Assembly (NCBI GenBank): GCA_963665325.3
Contig: OZ224045.1
Location: forward strand, 2,176,001-2,240,000
Source of the DNA: Alphaproteobacteria bacterium
GTDB taxonomy: Bacteria > Pseudomonadota > Alphaproteobacteria > Bin95
Reading direction: 5' to 3'
DNA: 64,000 bases
The notes beneath the pieces are model-generated. The model was not told the DNA's origin, made no database searches, and saw only the letters and a program-made list of their open reading frames with translations. The translations under genes were made by a program, and so were the position numbers. This document shows positions 8,921 through 19,234 of the stretch, one piece after another. How positions within the stretch are numbered: the stretch's first letter is position 1; each line of letters starts with the position of its first letter.

Positions 8921-9716
8921 CGGACCTGCGATCGGGTCCGAAAGCAGGGTCGGGCCGCTTTTCGGCAAGGAGGAACGAACCGGTAGCAGCGCGGGCCGCC
9001 GGAAGAGCGGCGGCGATCCGGCGGCCGACCAGCGGATCAAGAAGCAGCAGAAGGGACACAGGGAACGGCTGCGCCGGCATTTCCTGGAAAACCTGAATAA
9101 CGAAGGCAGCATAAAGGACTACGAGCTGCTGGAATTACTACTGTTCGGGGCCTATTCCCGGCGCGACGTGCAGCAGCTTGCCAGGGACCTGATCCAGACC
9201 TTCGGATCGCTGAGCGGCGTGCTTGCCGCCGAGCCGGCGGCGCTGCTCAAGGTAAGGGATGTGGGCGAGGCGGCCGTCTCGCTCATCAAGGTCGCCGAGG
9301 CGCTCGGCGTCGAACTGGCCCGCAAGGGTGCCGTCAGCGGCGAGGTATTGAACAATTACGACGCCGTGATCGCCTACTGCCGCGCCAGGATGGGCCGGCG
9401 GCCGGTGGAGGAGTTCCGCATCCTGTTCCTGGATAGCCGAAACCGCCTGCTTCGCGATGAACGCCAGACCACCGGCACGATCAATCATACCCCCGCCTAT
9501 CCGCGCGAGGTCTGCAAGCGGGCGCTCGAAGTGGGAGCGTCTGCCGTCATCCTGGTGCACAACCATCCGAGCGGCGACCCGACGCCGTCCGGGGCGGATA
9601 TCGAGATCACCCGGCGCATCGAGGCGGCTGCGAAGCTGCTCGGCGTCGCTGTCCACGACCACCTCATCGTCACGCGCGGCGAGACGCTGAGCTTCAAGGC
9701 CAAAGGGCTGCTCTGA
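8913..9716 (+). CDS. radC: RadC family JAB-domain protein
   Basis: GHRERLR, DYELLELLL and HNHPSGDPTPSGAD JAMM motif. Confidence 0.95.
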   Translation: MRDGPAIGSESRVGPLFGKEERTGSSAGRRKSGGDPAADQRIKKQQKGHRERLRRHFLENLNNEGSIKDYELLELLLFGAYSRRDVQQLARDLIQTFGSLSGVLAAEPAALLKVRDVGEAAVSLIKVAEALGVELARKGAVSGEVLNNYDAVIAYCRARMGRRPVEEFRILFLDSRNRLLRDERQTTGTINHTPAYPREVCKRALEVGASAVILVHNHPSGDPTPSGADIEITRRIEAAAKLLGVAVHDHLIVTRGETLSFKAKGLL

Positions 9717-9855
9717 ACGGGCCTTCAGCCGAGAAGGAGGCGCGAGGAGGCGCACGTTGAAGCAAGCGAGATGAGTTGTCTAAGGCACTCCATGACAAAA
9801 ATATGACGCATCCCGCGTCTCCCCCCACCCCGGACACCCGAAAGGCGCTTCTCCC

Positions 9856-11568
9856 GTGACCGACGGTATTCGTTCCGGCCTCGCCCAGTATGGCGATGCC
9901 GGGCTTTCCTTCTTTCTGCGCAAGGCGTTCATCAAGGCGATGGGCTATTCCGACGAGGCCCTGGAACGCCCCATCGTCGCCATCACCGATACTTTCAGCG
10001 GCTATAACGGTTGCCACCGCACCGTGCCGGACCTGATTGCCGCCATCGAGCGCGGCGTCATGCATGCGGGCGGGCTGCCGATCCGCTTCCCGACGATCTC
10101 GATCCACGAGAGCTTCTCGCACCCGACCTCGATGTTCCTGCGCAACCTCATGGCGATGGACACGGAAGAGATGGTCCGCGCCCAGCCGATGGACGCCGTG
10201 GTGCTGATCGGCGGTTGCGACAAGACGGTGCCGGCGCTGCTGATGGGGGCTGCGAGCGCCGGCATTCCCGCCATCATGGAGGTGACGGGGCCGATGATGA
10301 CCGGACATTTCCGGGGCGAGCGGCTCGGCGCCTGCACGGACTGCAGGCGGCTCTGGAGCCTCTACCGGGCGGGCGAGATGGACGATGCCGAGATCGAAGC
10401 GGCAGGCGGGCGGCTGATGCCGACGGCGGGCACCTGCATGGTGATGGGCACGGCGTCCAGCATGGCGCTGATGACCGAGACCGTCGGAATGATGCTGCCC
10501 GGCGGAGCGGCCATCCCGGCGGTCCATGCCGACCGGCTGCGCCATGCGGAAGCCACCGGCGCGCGCGCCGTGGCCCTGGCGGCGGAGGGGCTGACGCCCG
10601 ACCGCATCATGACGCCGGCGGCGTTCGAGAACGCCTTCCGGATGCTGCTGGCGGTCGGCGGCTCGGCCAACGGACTGATCCACATGACCGCGGTTGCCGG
10701 GCGACTCGGCATCGAGGTGGACCTTGCCGCCATCGACCGGATGGGCGAGGAGACGCCCGTGCTGGTGGACCTCAAGCCCTCCGGCCAGCACTACATGGAG
10801 GACCTGCACCGGGCAGGCGGTGCCGCGCCCATCCTGAAGGAACTCCGGGGGCTGCTGAACCTGGACACGCTGACCGTTACCGGGCGCACGCTCGGCGAGG
10901 AGATCGACAACGCGCCAACCGAAGTCGGCCAGACCGTGGTCCGCACGATGAGCGACCCGATCTGGCCGGAAGGCGGCCTTGCAGTGCTGCGCGGCACGCT
11001 CGCGCCGGACACGGCGGTCATCAAGCAGTCGGCGGCGAACCCGGAACTGCTGGTGCATGAGGGCCGGGCGGTGGTGTTCGACGGGCTGGAGGACCTGGCC
11101 GCGCGGATCGACGACCCGGACCTCGACGTCGCCGAAGACGATATCCTGGTGCTGCGCAATGCCGGACCCAGAGGCGCGCCCGGCATGCCGGAAGCGGGCT
11201 CGCTACCGATCCCGAAGAAGCTCGCTGCCCGGGGCGTGCGCGACATGGTGCGCATATCCGACGCGCGCATGTCCGGCACCGCCTTCGGCACCATCGTGCT
11301 GCACTGCTGCCCGGAAGCGGCGGTCGGCGGGCCGCTGGCGCTGGTTCGCACGGGAGACCGCATCCGCCTCGACACGCCCGCGCGCCGTCTCGATCTGCTG
11401 GTCGACGACGCGGAGCTCGCCGCGCGGCGGGCGGACTGGCGCCCGCCGGTCCACGCCGGCGCGGAGCGCGGCTATCTCAAGCTCTATCTGGAGACCGTGA
11501 CCCAGGCGAACCAGGGCTGCGACTTCGACTTCATGGCGAAGGCGGGCGGCGGGAATAGCGAAGCATAG
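9856..11568 (+). CDS. IlvD/Edd family dehydratase (dihydroxy-acid or sugar-acid dehydratase)
   Basis: GGCDKTVP, GTCMVMGTASSM, GPRGAPGMPE, ISDARMSGT. Confidence 0.92.
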   Translation: MTDGIRSGLAQYGDAGLSFFLRKAFIKAMGYSDEALERPIVAITDTFSGYNGCHRTVPDLIAAIERGVMHAGGLPIRFPTISIHESFSHPTSMFLRNLMAMDTEEMVRAQPMDAVVLIGGCDKTVPALLMGAASAGIPAIMEVTGPMMTGHFRGERLGACTDCRRLWSLYRAGEMDDAEIEAAGGRLMPTAGTCMVMGTASSMALMTETVGMMLPGGAAIPAVHADRLRHAEATGARAVALAAEGLTPDRIMTPAAFENAFRMLLAVGGSANGLIHMTAVAGRLGIEVDLAAIDRMGEETPVLVDLKPSGQHYMEDLHRAGGAAPILKELRGLLNLDTLTVTGRTLGEEIDNAPTEVGQTVVRTMSDPIWPEGGLAVLRGTLAPDTAVIKQSAANPELLVHEGRAVVFDGLEDLAARIDDPDLDVAEDDILVLRNAGPRGAPGMPEAGSLPIPKKLAARGVRDMVRISDARMSGTAFGTIVLHCCPEAAVGGPLALVRTGDRIRLDTPARRLDLLVDDAELAARRADWRPPVHAGAERGYLKLYLETVTQANQGCDFDFMAKAGGGNSEA

Positions 11569-11594
11569 CAACCGTCCCGGCCCCTCCGGTCGGT

Positions 11595-12551
11595 TCAGGA
11601 GACGGCGGGTTTCTCGCCCAGCGTCGCCTGCGCGCGCCGCGTCAGTTCGTGCCCGGCATCTGACACCGCTTCGGCCAGCGGGTCGATCCAGCGCTGCCCG
11701 TGGGTGGCCAGGCGGTGGATCATGCCGATCCGCCGCAAAGGCTCAGGCGGGGCGAAGCGCATGAAGCGGAGTTCGGGAGACAGCGCGCTCTCGCAGGCCA
11801 CGGCGGATTCGGGAAGCAGCGTAATGCCTTCTCCGTCGGCTACCAGCCGCGACAGGGTCGCCAGCGATCCGGCGCCCCGGTGGACGTCCTGCTGGCGCCA
11901 CATCGAGCAGGCCCCCAGCACCTGGTCGGCCAGGCAGTGCCCGTCCGCAAGGGTAAGCAGCGGCCCGACATCGGCCCGCGCCAGGTCCTCGGGGCGCGGC
12001 ATGCGGGAATGCGACCGGACGGCATCCACCGGGCCGCCGCGGCCTGCGACCAGGAACCGGTCCTCGAACAGTTCCCGTTCCGGGAGTTCGATCATTCCGA
12101 GCGGCAGGGCCAGGATTGCCACGTCGAGGCGGCCCGCATGCAGGTTGGCGACGAGCTCGTTTCCGGTCGCCTCGACGACACTCGGCTCGATGCGGGGCGA
12201 CGAGTCCTGCAAGCGCTGCAGCAGGCCCGGAAGCAGGTAGGCGGACAGCGTCGAGACGATCCCGAGGGAGACTTGCGCACGGCCCTCGTCGAACTGTTTG
12301 CCCATCAGCTCCAGGAAATTGGTCTCGTCCAAAATCCGCAGCGTCTGCTCATGCGCCTCCCGGCCCAGTCGGGTGAGGTGGATGCCCCGGCTCTCCCGCT
12401 CCACCAGCGGCCCGCCGAGCGAGGCTTCGAGTTCCCGGATCTGAAGCGATAGCGCGGGTTGGGAAACGTACACGCTCTCGGCGGCGCGGCTGAAGGAACG
12501 GTGCTCGACCAGAGCCTGGAAATAGCGCAATTGGCGCAAGGTAATCGGCAC
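11595..12551 (-). CDS. oxyR: OxyR-type LysR regulator
   Basis: TLRQLRYF...SFSRAA...VSQPALS HTH; GHCLADQVLGAC retains the C-X8-C redox pair. Confidence 0.8.
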   Translation of the reverse strand: MPITLRQLRYFQALVEHRSFSRAAESVYVSQPALSLQIRELEASLGGPLVERESRGIHLTRLGREAHEQTLRILDETNFLELMGKQFDEGRAQVSLGIVSTLSAYLLPGLLQRLQDSSPRIEPSVVEATGNELVANLHAGRLDVAILALPLGMIELPERELFEDRFLVAGRGGPVDAVRSHSRMPRPEDLARADVGPLLTLADGHCLADQVLGACSMWRQQDVHRGAGSLATLSRLVADGEGITLLPESAVACESALSPELRFMRFAPPEPLRRIGMIHRLATHGQRWIDPLAEAVSDAGHELTRRAQATLGEKPAVS

Positions 12552-12580
12552 GGCGCCGGCCTCCCGCAGGGATGAATCCA

Positions 12581-12595
12581 ATAAGGCTACCTTAT
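12581..12595. promoter_or_regulatory. LysR/OxyR-type operator palindrome
   Basis: ATAAG-GCTAC-CTTAT (T-N11-A) about 30 bp upstream of oxyR in the divergent intergenic region. Confidence 0.6.
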
Positions 12596-12709
12596 CCCAT
12601 TTCACGCGGTTTAGCGGGAGAATTGTGCCTTTTGCGCGGGGACGATACCGAAAGCCGGCCGGCCTTGCTACGGTCCTTGGCGAAGCCTCATTTCCAGGGA
12701 TTGCAGCCC

Positions 12710-13951
12710 ATGTTCGAGTTTCTGACGGAACGGTCCGACGCCAACCCGCATATCGCCCTGCAGCGCAGTTTCGGGCCGCTGACGCTCGATCTCCGTTCCG
12801 GCCAAGACAGGACGGTTGCAATCATCGATGGGCAGGGCATTCGTTTCGGCCCGCCCGGCTCCTCCGCAGCCGACCTCGTGCTGAGCGCTGAGCCTGCCGC
12901 CTGGGCGGAACTTCGCAAGGCCCGGCCGGCGCCGGGCTTCCAGACGCTCGCCACCATGCGCCGCGCGCGGCATCTCACCGTCACCGGCGACATGGTGAAA
13001 TTCTACCGCCACCTGCTGCTGCTGGAGATGCTGTTCTCGCCCTTTGAAGGCGGCGGGATACCGGAAGCAGCGCCGCCCGCCCCGGCCGTCGAGCCCGTGG
13101 TCGGGCGCTATCTGCGGCTGTCCATCGCCGGGCGGCCGCACCGGGTCTATTTCGAGGAGGCCGGCGCGGGCGTGCCGCTTCTCTGCCTGCACACGGCCGG
13201 AAGCGACGGGCGGCAGTACCGCCACATCCTGAACGACCCCACGGTGACGGACCGGTTCCGGGTGATCGCCTTCGACCTGCCCTGGCACGGCAAGTCTTCC
13301 CCGCCCAAGGGCTTCGAGGCGGAGGTTTACCGGCTCACGACCGATTCCTATGTCGAGACCGTCATGGCGGTGGCGGACGCGCTCGAACTCGAGTCCCCGG
13401 TCGTCATGGGTTGCTCCATCGGCGGCCGCGCCGTGCTGCATCTGGCGCTGAGGCACGGGTCCCGGTTCCGCGCGGCCATCGGTCTTCAGTCGGCGCTCTA
13501 TGCCGAGGACAGGAGCCTCGGCGACCCTCTGCCGGAGATGGCGCTCGCCCGGCCGGACATTCACGCCGGCATGACGGCGGGGGCGTCGATGGCGGGCATG
13601 ACCGCGCCCCAGTCGCCGGCGGCCGAGCGGTGGGAGACCATGTGGCACTACATGCAGGGCGGGCCGGGCATCTTCGCGGGCGACCTGCACTACTATTTCG
13701 AGGACGGCGACCTCAGGAACGGCGGCGCCGCGCCGCTGGCGAATTCGGACTGCCCGATCTACCTGCTGAGCGGCGATTACGACGTCTCCGCCACGCCGGA
13801 AATGGGCCGCGAGCTGGCCGAACTGATCGGCGCCGCGCACTTCGAGGTGATGAAGGGCGTCGGCCATTTCCCGATGTCGGAGAATCCGGAGGCCTTCCGG
13901 GGCTATCTCCTGCCTGTCCTCGAGAGCATCCTGGCGCTGCCGCCGGGGTAG
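12710..13951 (+). CDS. Alpha/beta hydrolase with N-terminal extra (SCP2-like) domain
   Basis: LHTAGSDGRQY, FDLPWHGKS, nucleophile GCSIGG, GHFPMSENP. Confidence 0.85.
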   Translation: MFEFLTERSDANPHIALQRSFGPLTLDLRSGQDRTVAIIDGQGIRFGPPGSSAADLVLSAEPAAWAELRKARPAPGFQTLATMRRARHLTVTGDMVKFYRHLLLLEMLFSPFEGGGIPEAAPPAPAVEPVVGRYLRLSIAGRPHRVYFEEAGAGVPLLCLHTAGSDGRQYRHILNDPTVTDRFRVIAFDLPWHGKSSPPKGFEAEVYRLTTDSYVETVMAVADALELESPVVMGCSIGGRAVLHLALRHGSRFRAAIGLQSALYAEDRSLGDPLPEMALARPDIHAGMTAGASMAGMTAPQSPAAERWETMWHYMQGGPGIFAGDLHYYFEDGDLRNGGAAPLANSDCPIYLLSGDYDVSATPEMGRELAELIGAAHFEVMKGVGHFPMSENPEAFRGYLLPVLESILALPPG

Positions 13952-13954
13952 CGC

Positions 13955-15310
13955 CTACTCCATGAGGCGGGCGGTGCGGCGGCGGGCGGCCTCGGCGATC
14001 GCCGTTGCATCGACGGTCGCGAGCGCGCCGTCGCGGACGACCGGGCGGCCGTCCACAAGGAGGTCGCGCACCGGGAACGGACCGCAAAAGACGAGCGCGG
14101 CCACCGGGTCCCAGGCGCCCGCGGCGGCAAGGCCCGAGACATCCCAGATCGCAAGATCGGCGCGCTTGCCTGCTTCGATGGAGCCGAGCTCTCTCGCGCG
14201 GCCGAGAATGCGCGCTCCGCCGAGCGTCGCCATTTCGAGGGCCTCGCGCGCGCTCATCGCGGTTGCGCCGTGCTGCATCCGTTGCAGCAGCATGGCCAGC
14301 CGGGCCTCGGGCAGCAGACTGCCGGAGTCGTTGCTGGCCGAGCCGTCCACGCCGAGGCCCAGAGGCACGCCCTTATCGAGCATGACCCGGACCGGGGCCA
14401 GGCCCGAACCCAGCCGGCAGTTCGAAGACGGGCAGTGCGCCACGCCGGTTTCGGTACGGGCAAAGAGGGAGATTTCGCCGGAGTCGAGCGCGGTGCAGTG
14501 CGCATGCCAGACATGCTCGCCGACCCAGCCGAGCGACTCCGCGTAGTCGCCCGGCCGGCAGCCGAAGGCCTCGAGCGAAAAGGCGACGTCCTCGGCATTC
14601 TCCGCCAGGTGGGTGTGCAGGCGCACGCCCTTGTCGGCGGCGAGCAGGGCGGCGTCGCGCATGAGGTCGCGCGAGACGGAGAAGGGCGAGCAGGGCGCGA
14701 TACCGACCCGCACCATCGCGCCGTCGGACGGATCGTGGAAGGCGTCGATCACCCGGATGCAGTCTTCCAGGATATCGGCCTCGCGCTCGACCAGGCTGTC
14801 GGGCGGCAGGCCGCCATCGCTCTCGCCGACGCTCATGGCCCCGCGCGTTGCATGGAAGCGCAGGCCCACCGTCGCGGCGGCCTCGATCGTATCTTCCAGC
14901 CGCACGCCGTCGGGATAGATATAGAGGTGGTCCGAGCTCATGCCGCAGCCGGAGAGCGCAAGTTCGGCAAGGCCAAGTTGCGCCGAGACGAACATGTCCT
15001 CCGGCTGCATCCGCGCCCACACGGGATAGAGCGACTTCAGCCAGCCGAACAGCAGCGCGTCCTGCCCGGCTGGCACGGCGCGCGTCAGCGTCTGGTAGAG
15101 ATGGTGGTGGGTATTGACCAGCGCCGGCGTCACCACGCAGCCGGCGGCATCGACGATCTCCCAGCCGGAAGGGTCGTCCGGCCCGCTGGCACCGACGCCG
15201 GCGATCTTGCCGCCTTCGACGAGGACATGGGCACTGGCGAGCTCGCTGCGGTCCCCGTCCATCGTGACGACAATGTCGGCGTTGCGGATCCAGAGTCTCC
15301 TGTCGCTCAA
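13955..15310 (-). CDS. 8-oxoguanine deaminase (amidohydrolase superfamily)
   Basis: NTHHHLYQTLTR, APCSPFSV, LHTHLAE, WHAHC, GVDGSASND; TTG start. Confidence 0.85.
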   Translation of the reverse strand: MSDRRLWIRNADIVVTMDGDRSELASAHVLVEGGKIAGVGASGPDDPSGWEIVDAAGCVVTPALVNTHHHLYQTLTRAVPAGQDALLFGWLKSLYPVWARMQPEDMFVSAQLGLAELALSGCGMSSDHLYIYPDGVRLEDTIEAAATVGLRFHATRGAMSVGESDGGLPPDSLVEREADILEDCIRVIDAFHDPSDGAMVRVGIAPCSPFSVSRDLMRDAALLAADKGVRLHTHLAENAEDVAFSLEAFGCRPGDYAESLGWVGEHVWHAHCTALDSGEISLFARTETGVAHCPSSNCRLGSGLAPVRVMLDKGVPLGLGVDGSASNDSGSLLPEARLAMLLQRMQHGATAMSAREALEMATLGGARILGRARELGSIEAGKRADLAIWDVSGLAAAGAWDPVAALVFCGPFPVRDLLVDGRPVVRDGALATVDATAIAEAARRRTARLME

Positions 15311-15321
15311 CGGATCGCTCC

Positions 15322-17913
15322 TCAGCCCAGCAGCCGTTTCAGTGCGTAAAGCTGCTCCAGCGCCTCCCTCGGGCTGAGCGAATCGGGATCGAGGGCGGCC
15401 AGCGCATTCTCGACCTCGGAGGGCTCCGGTTCAGCCTGCGGGTTTCGGGCGGCGGCGAAGAGCGGCAGGTCGTCGGCGAGGCGGGCGATGGCGCTGCCCT
15501 GCTCGCCCGTCTCCAGCAGGCGCAGCACCTCCTCCGCCCGCTCCACTACGGAGTGCGGCAGGCCGGCGAGCCGCCCGACATGAATGCCGTAGGAACGGTC
15601 CGCCGCGCCGGGCGCTACCTCATGCAGGAAAACCACGGAACCCTGCCATTCCTTGACCCGCATGGTGCGGAGCGCCAGCCGGTCGAGCTTGCCCGCGAGC
15701 AGCGTGAGCTCGTGGTAGTGCGTCGCGAACAGCGCCCGGCAGCGGCAGGCCTCGTGCAGCTGCTCCATCACCGCCCAGGCAATGGAGAGGCCGTCAAAGG
15801 TGGCGGTGCCGCGCCCGATCTCGTCGAGGATCACCAGAGACCGTTCGCCCGCCTGGTTCAGGATCGCCGCCGTCTCGACCATCTCGACCATGAAGGTCGA
15901 ACGTCCCCGCGCAAGGTCGTCGGAGGCGCCGACGCGGCTGAACAGCCGGTCCACCGCCCCGATATGCGCGCGGTCCGCCGGCACGAAGCTGCCCATCTGG
16001 GCCAGGATGGCGATGAGCGCGTTCTGGCGCAGGAAGGTGCTCTTGCCGGCCATGTTCGGCCCGGTCACCAGCCAGAGCCGGCGCTCCGGCGAGAGGTCGC
16101 AGCCATTCGCGACGAAGGGCTCGTCCAGCGCCGCCTCGACGACGGGATGGCGCCCGCCTTCGATCTCGAAGGCAAGGCTGTCGTCCACCAGCGGCCGGCT
16201 CCAGCCGCACTCGATGGCAAGCGCGGCGAGCCCGGAGGTCGCGTCGAGCAGGGCTAGCGCCTGCGCCGCCGCTGCAATCGCCGCGCCCGCCTCCTGCACA
16301 AGGGCAGCAAGGCGCTCGAAGATCGCCAGTTCAGCCGCAACCGCCTGCTCGGCCGCGCCCGCGATCTGCGCTTCCAGCTTTCCGAGCTCGACCGTGGTGA
16401 AGCGCATCGAGTTGGCCATGGTCTGCCGGTGGATGAAGGCGTCGTCCGTTTGCAGGCGGCCCGCGGCGGCCTGCGTGACCTCGACGAAATAGCCGAGAAT
16501 GTTGTTGTGCCGAATCTTGAGCGAGGCGGTCCCGGTCTCGGAGGCATAGCGCGCCTGCAGGCCGGCCACCGTCTTGCGGCTGTCGTCGCGAAGCGACCTG
16601 AGCCGGTCGAGTTCGCCGTCATAACCGGTGGCCACGAAGCCGCCGTCGCGAGCGGTCAGGGGTAGTTCGGGGCCGAGTGCCGGAGCCAGTGCGGCAACGG
16701 TCCCGTCATGGCCACGGAGTGCGGTGCAGGCTTCCGCCAGCAGCGGCGGCGGGGCATCCAACAGGCCGGCAATCTCGCCCGCGAGCGTGAGCGCGTCGCG
16801 GATGGCCGCCAAGTCGCGCGGGCCGCCGCGTCCGAGGCCGAGGCGCGAGAGGGACCGCTCGATGTCCGGGGTGCGGGCCAGCCGCCCGACCAGGTCGCGG
16901 CGCAGGCGCTCTTCGCGGCATAACCGCTCCACGGCGTCGTGGCGGGCTGCGACTGCCGCCGAATCGGTCAAGGGGGCGGCGAGCCAGGCCGCCAGCAGCC
17001 GTCCGCCGCCCGCGCTCCGCGTCCGATCGATGGTCGCGAGCAGGCTGCCCCGGCGCTCGCCGGAAAGCGTCGCCGTCAGTTCCAGGTTTCTCCGCGTGGC
17101 GGGATCGATCTCCAGCACCTGTCCCGGTCCGGCGGGGCGCGGCGGCTCCAGGCGCGGCAGGCGGCCCTTCTGCGTGAGCTCCAGATAGTCCACCAGCACG
17201 CCGCACGCGGTCTGCTGGGCGCGGTCGAAGCGCCCGAAGCCCTCCAGTGTGGCGACCTCGAAAGCCTCCAGCAGCCGTCGGCGGGCATTCTCGCTGTCGA
17301 AGCGCGCCGCCGGCAGCGGCGTGGCCGCGCCGTCGAATCCGATGTCATCCAGCAGCGTTTCGGGCAGCACAAGTTCCGAAGGCTCGATCCGCGCCAGCAA
17401 TACCGGCAGGCCGTCGCCTTCCACGCTCTCCACCCGGAACTCGCCGGTCGAAATATCGGCCCAGGCAACCGCCTTTGCGCCGTTCGCCTCGGCCAGCACC
17501 GCCAGATAATTGTGTCGCTGAGCTTCCAGAAGGGCGTCCTCGGTCAGCGTTCCCGGCGTGATCAACCGCACAACATCGCGCGCCACGACCGCGCCGCTGC
17601 CGCGCCTGCGGGCCTCGGCCGGGTCTTCGGTCTGCTCGCAGATCGCGACCTTGAAGCCCTTGCGGATCAGGCGCTCCAGATAGGCTTCGTGGGCGCGCAC
17701 CGGCACGCCCGCCATCGGGATGTCTTCGCCGTCATGGCGGCCCCGCTTGGTGAGCGCGATGTCGAGCGCGCCTGCGGCCTGGACGGCATCCTCGAAGAAC
17801 AGCTCGTAGAAGTCCCCCATCCGGTAGAACAGGAGGTAGCCCGGATGCGCGTCCCGGATGGCGAGATATTGCGCCATCATCGGCGTGTTGCTGGCGGGGC
17901 GGGCGGGTTTCAT
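15322..17913 (-). CDS. mutS: DNA mismatch repair protein MutS
   Basis: [43 protein letters not shown]. Confidence 0.98.
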   Translation of the reverse strand: MKPARPASNTPMMAQYLAIRDAHPGYLLFYRMGDFYELFFEDAVQAAGALDIALTKRGRHDGEDIPMAGVPVRAHEAYLERLIRKGFKVAICEQTEDPAEARRRGSGAVVARDVVRLITPGTLTEDALLEAQRHNYLAVLAEANGAKAVAWADISTGEFRVESVEGDGLPVLLARIEPSELVLPETLLDDIGFDGAATPLPAARFDSENARRRLLEAFEVATLEGFGRFDRAQQTACGVLVDYLELTQKGRLPRLEPPRPAGPGQVLEIDPATRRNLELTATLSGERRGSLLATIDRTRSAGGGRLLAAWLAAPLTDSAAVAARHDAVERLCREERLRRDLVGRLARTPDIERSLSRLGLGRGGPRDLAAIRDALTLAGEIAGLLDAPPPLLAEACTALRGHDGTVAALAPALGPELPLTARDGGFVATGYDGELDRLRSLRDDSRKTVAGLQARYASETGTASLKIRHNNILGYFVEVTQAAAGRLQTDDAFIHRQTMANSMRFTTVELGKLEAQIAGAAEQAVAAELAIFERLAALVQEAGAAIAAAAQALALLDATSGLAALAIECGWSRPLVDDSLAFEIEGGRHPVVEAALDEPFVANGCDLSPERRLWLVTGPNMAGKSTFLRQNALIAILAQMGSFVPADRAHIGAVDRLFSRVGASDDLARGRSTFMVEMVETAAILNQAGERSLVILDEIGRGTATFDGLSIAWAVMEQLHEACRCRALFATHYHELTLLAGKLDRLALRTMRVKEWQGSVVFLHEVAPGAADRSYGIHVGRLAGLPHSVVERAEEVLRLLETGEQGSAIARLADDLPLFAAARNPQAEPEPSEVENALAALDPDSLSPREALEQLYALKRLLG

Positions 17914-18081
17914 GGGCGCTGGCGGCGGGCTTTCCGGAACTCGGGCGGCCCCAGCATTCCGCATCCGGCCCGTTTCGCCAATGCCGACGCGCGAGGGAAG
18001 CGCACAGTGCAGGCGATGGGCTATGCTGAACGCCGAATTCCGACTTGATGCCGGGCCCCGGGGGCCCAGGGGGGAAACGAC

Positions 18082-19044
18082 ATGGATTTCGGCTTCAGCA
18101 TCCCGCACAGGGGGCCGCTCGCCAATGCCGCCGACCAGAAACGCCTCGCCCGGACGGGCGAGCGGTTGGGTTATGCGGCGCTTACGGTCTCGGACCATAT
18201 CGTCATCCCGCGCGACATCGAGTCGACCTACCCCTATTCCGAGACGGGCGACTTCCCCGGCAGCCGGTCGGGCGAGGCGCTGGAAATGATCGCGCTGCTT
18301 GCCTTTCTCTGCGGCGTCACCGAGAAGGCGCGGCTGATTACCTCCGTCATGGTGCTGCCGCACCGCAATCCCGTGCTGGCAGCCAAGCAGCTTGCGACGG
18401 CCGACCTCCTGAGCGGCGGGCGCGTCACGGTCGGCTGCGGCGTCGGTTGGATGCGCGAGGAGTTCGAGGCGGTCGGCCTGCCGCCGTTCGACGAGCGCGG
18501 CCGGGTCGCGGACGAATATCTCCGGGTCTTCAAGGAGGTCTGGACCGGGGACCCGGCAAGCTTCGCTGGCGACTATGCGAGTTTTTCCAATGTCTCGACG
18601 CTCCCGCATCCAGTGCAGAAACCGCATCCACCGCTCTGGATCGGCGGCGAGAGCGCGCCGGCGCTCCGCCGTGTCGTTGCGCTTGGCGATGCGTGGTACC
18701 CCATCGGCAACAATCCGCGCGCAATGCTCGACAGCCTGGACCGCTACCGGGCCCGGCGCGACCTCCTGTTCCGCATTGCCGGGGAAGCCAGGCGCGACCC
18801 GGCCACCATCGGGCTCGCCTACTCTGCCCCCTGGCATTTCGAGGAGGCTGCCGATGATGGCGAGGGCGGACGGCGCTTCCTCACCGGCAGTGCGGAAGAG
18901 CGCGCCGCCGACCTCCGCGCACTCGGCGAGCTCGGCGTCGGCTGCGTCTTCCTGAACTTCGCGGCGCGCACCGTCGAGCGCACCGAAGAGCGCCTCTCCC
19001 GCTTCGCCGATGAGGTCATGCCGTTGGTCGGCGGGCGTGCGTGA
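18082..19044 (+). CDS. LLM-class (probably F420-dependent, Rv2161c-like) oxidoreductase
   Basis: [47 protein letters not shown]. Confidence 0.85.
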   Translation: MDFGFSIPHRGPLANAADQKRLARTGERLGYAALTVSDHIVIPRDIESTYPYSETGDFPGSRSGEALEMIALLAFLCGVTEKARLITSVMVLPHRNPVLAAKQLATADLLSGGRVTVGCGVGWMREEFEAVGLPPFDERGRVADEYLRVFKEVWTGDPASFAGDYASFSNVSTLPHPVQKPHPPLWIGGESAPALRRVVALGDAWYPIGNNPRAMLDSLDRYRARRDLLFRIAGEARRDPATIGLAYSAPWHFEEAADDGEGGRRFLTGSAEERAADLRALGELGVGCVFLNFAARTVERTEERLSRFADEVMPLVGGRA

Positions 19045-19075
19045 CCTCAGGAAAAGCTTGATAAGCTGCAGGTAG

Positions 19076-19110
19076 AAGAGAGGCGGCCTTCCAAGGCCGC
19101 CTTTTCTGTT
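19076..19110 (+). terminator. Intrinsic terminator-like hairpin after LLM gene
   Basis: AGGCGGCCTT-CC-AAGGCCGCCT followed by TTTCTGTT. Confidence 0.7.
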
Positions 19111-19207
19111 TCGAACGGCCTCTGTGCCGATGGAACCGCATTTCGGCTCAGGCCCGAAATTGCCGTATCTTGTTCCCGAATTTCAGAACAATTTCCTTTA
19201 GGGGGGC

Positions 19208-19234
19208 TTGACCTGAGAGAAAATGTGTTAGAAT
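19208..19234 (+). promoter_or_regulatory. Sigma70-like promoter with extended -10
   Basis: TTGACC-N15-TAGAAT with TG at the extended -10 position in an AT-rich patch; spacer is short. Confidence 0.45.

Noticed and set aside
8913-9716. radC as a marker of a mobile element
   Set aside because: Full-length chromosomal type overlapping map; no mobility genes nearby
15322-18837. 1171-aa MutS with long N-terminal extension in the track
   Set aside because: Extension is antisense to the LLM gene; MutS homology starts near 17913
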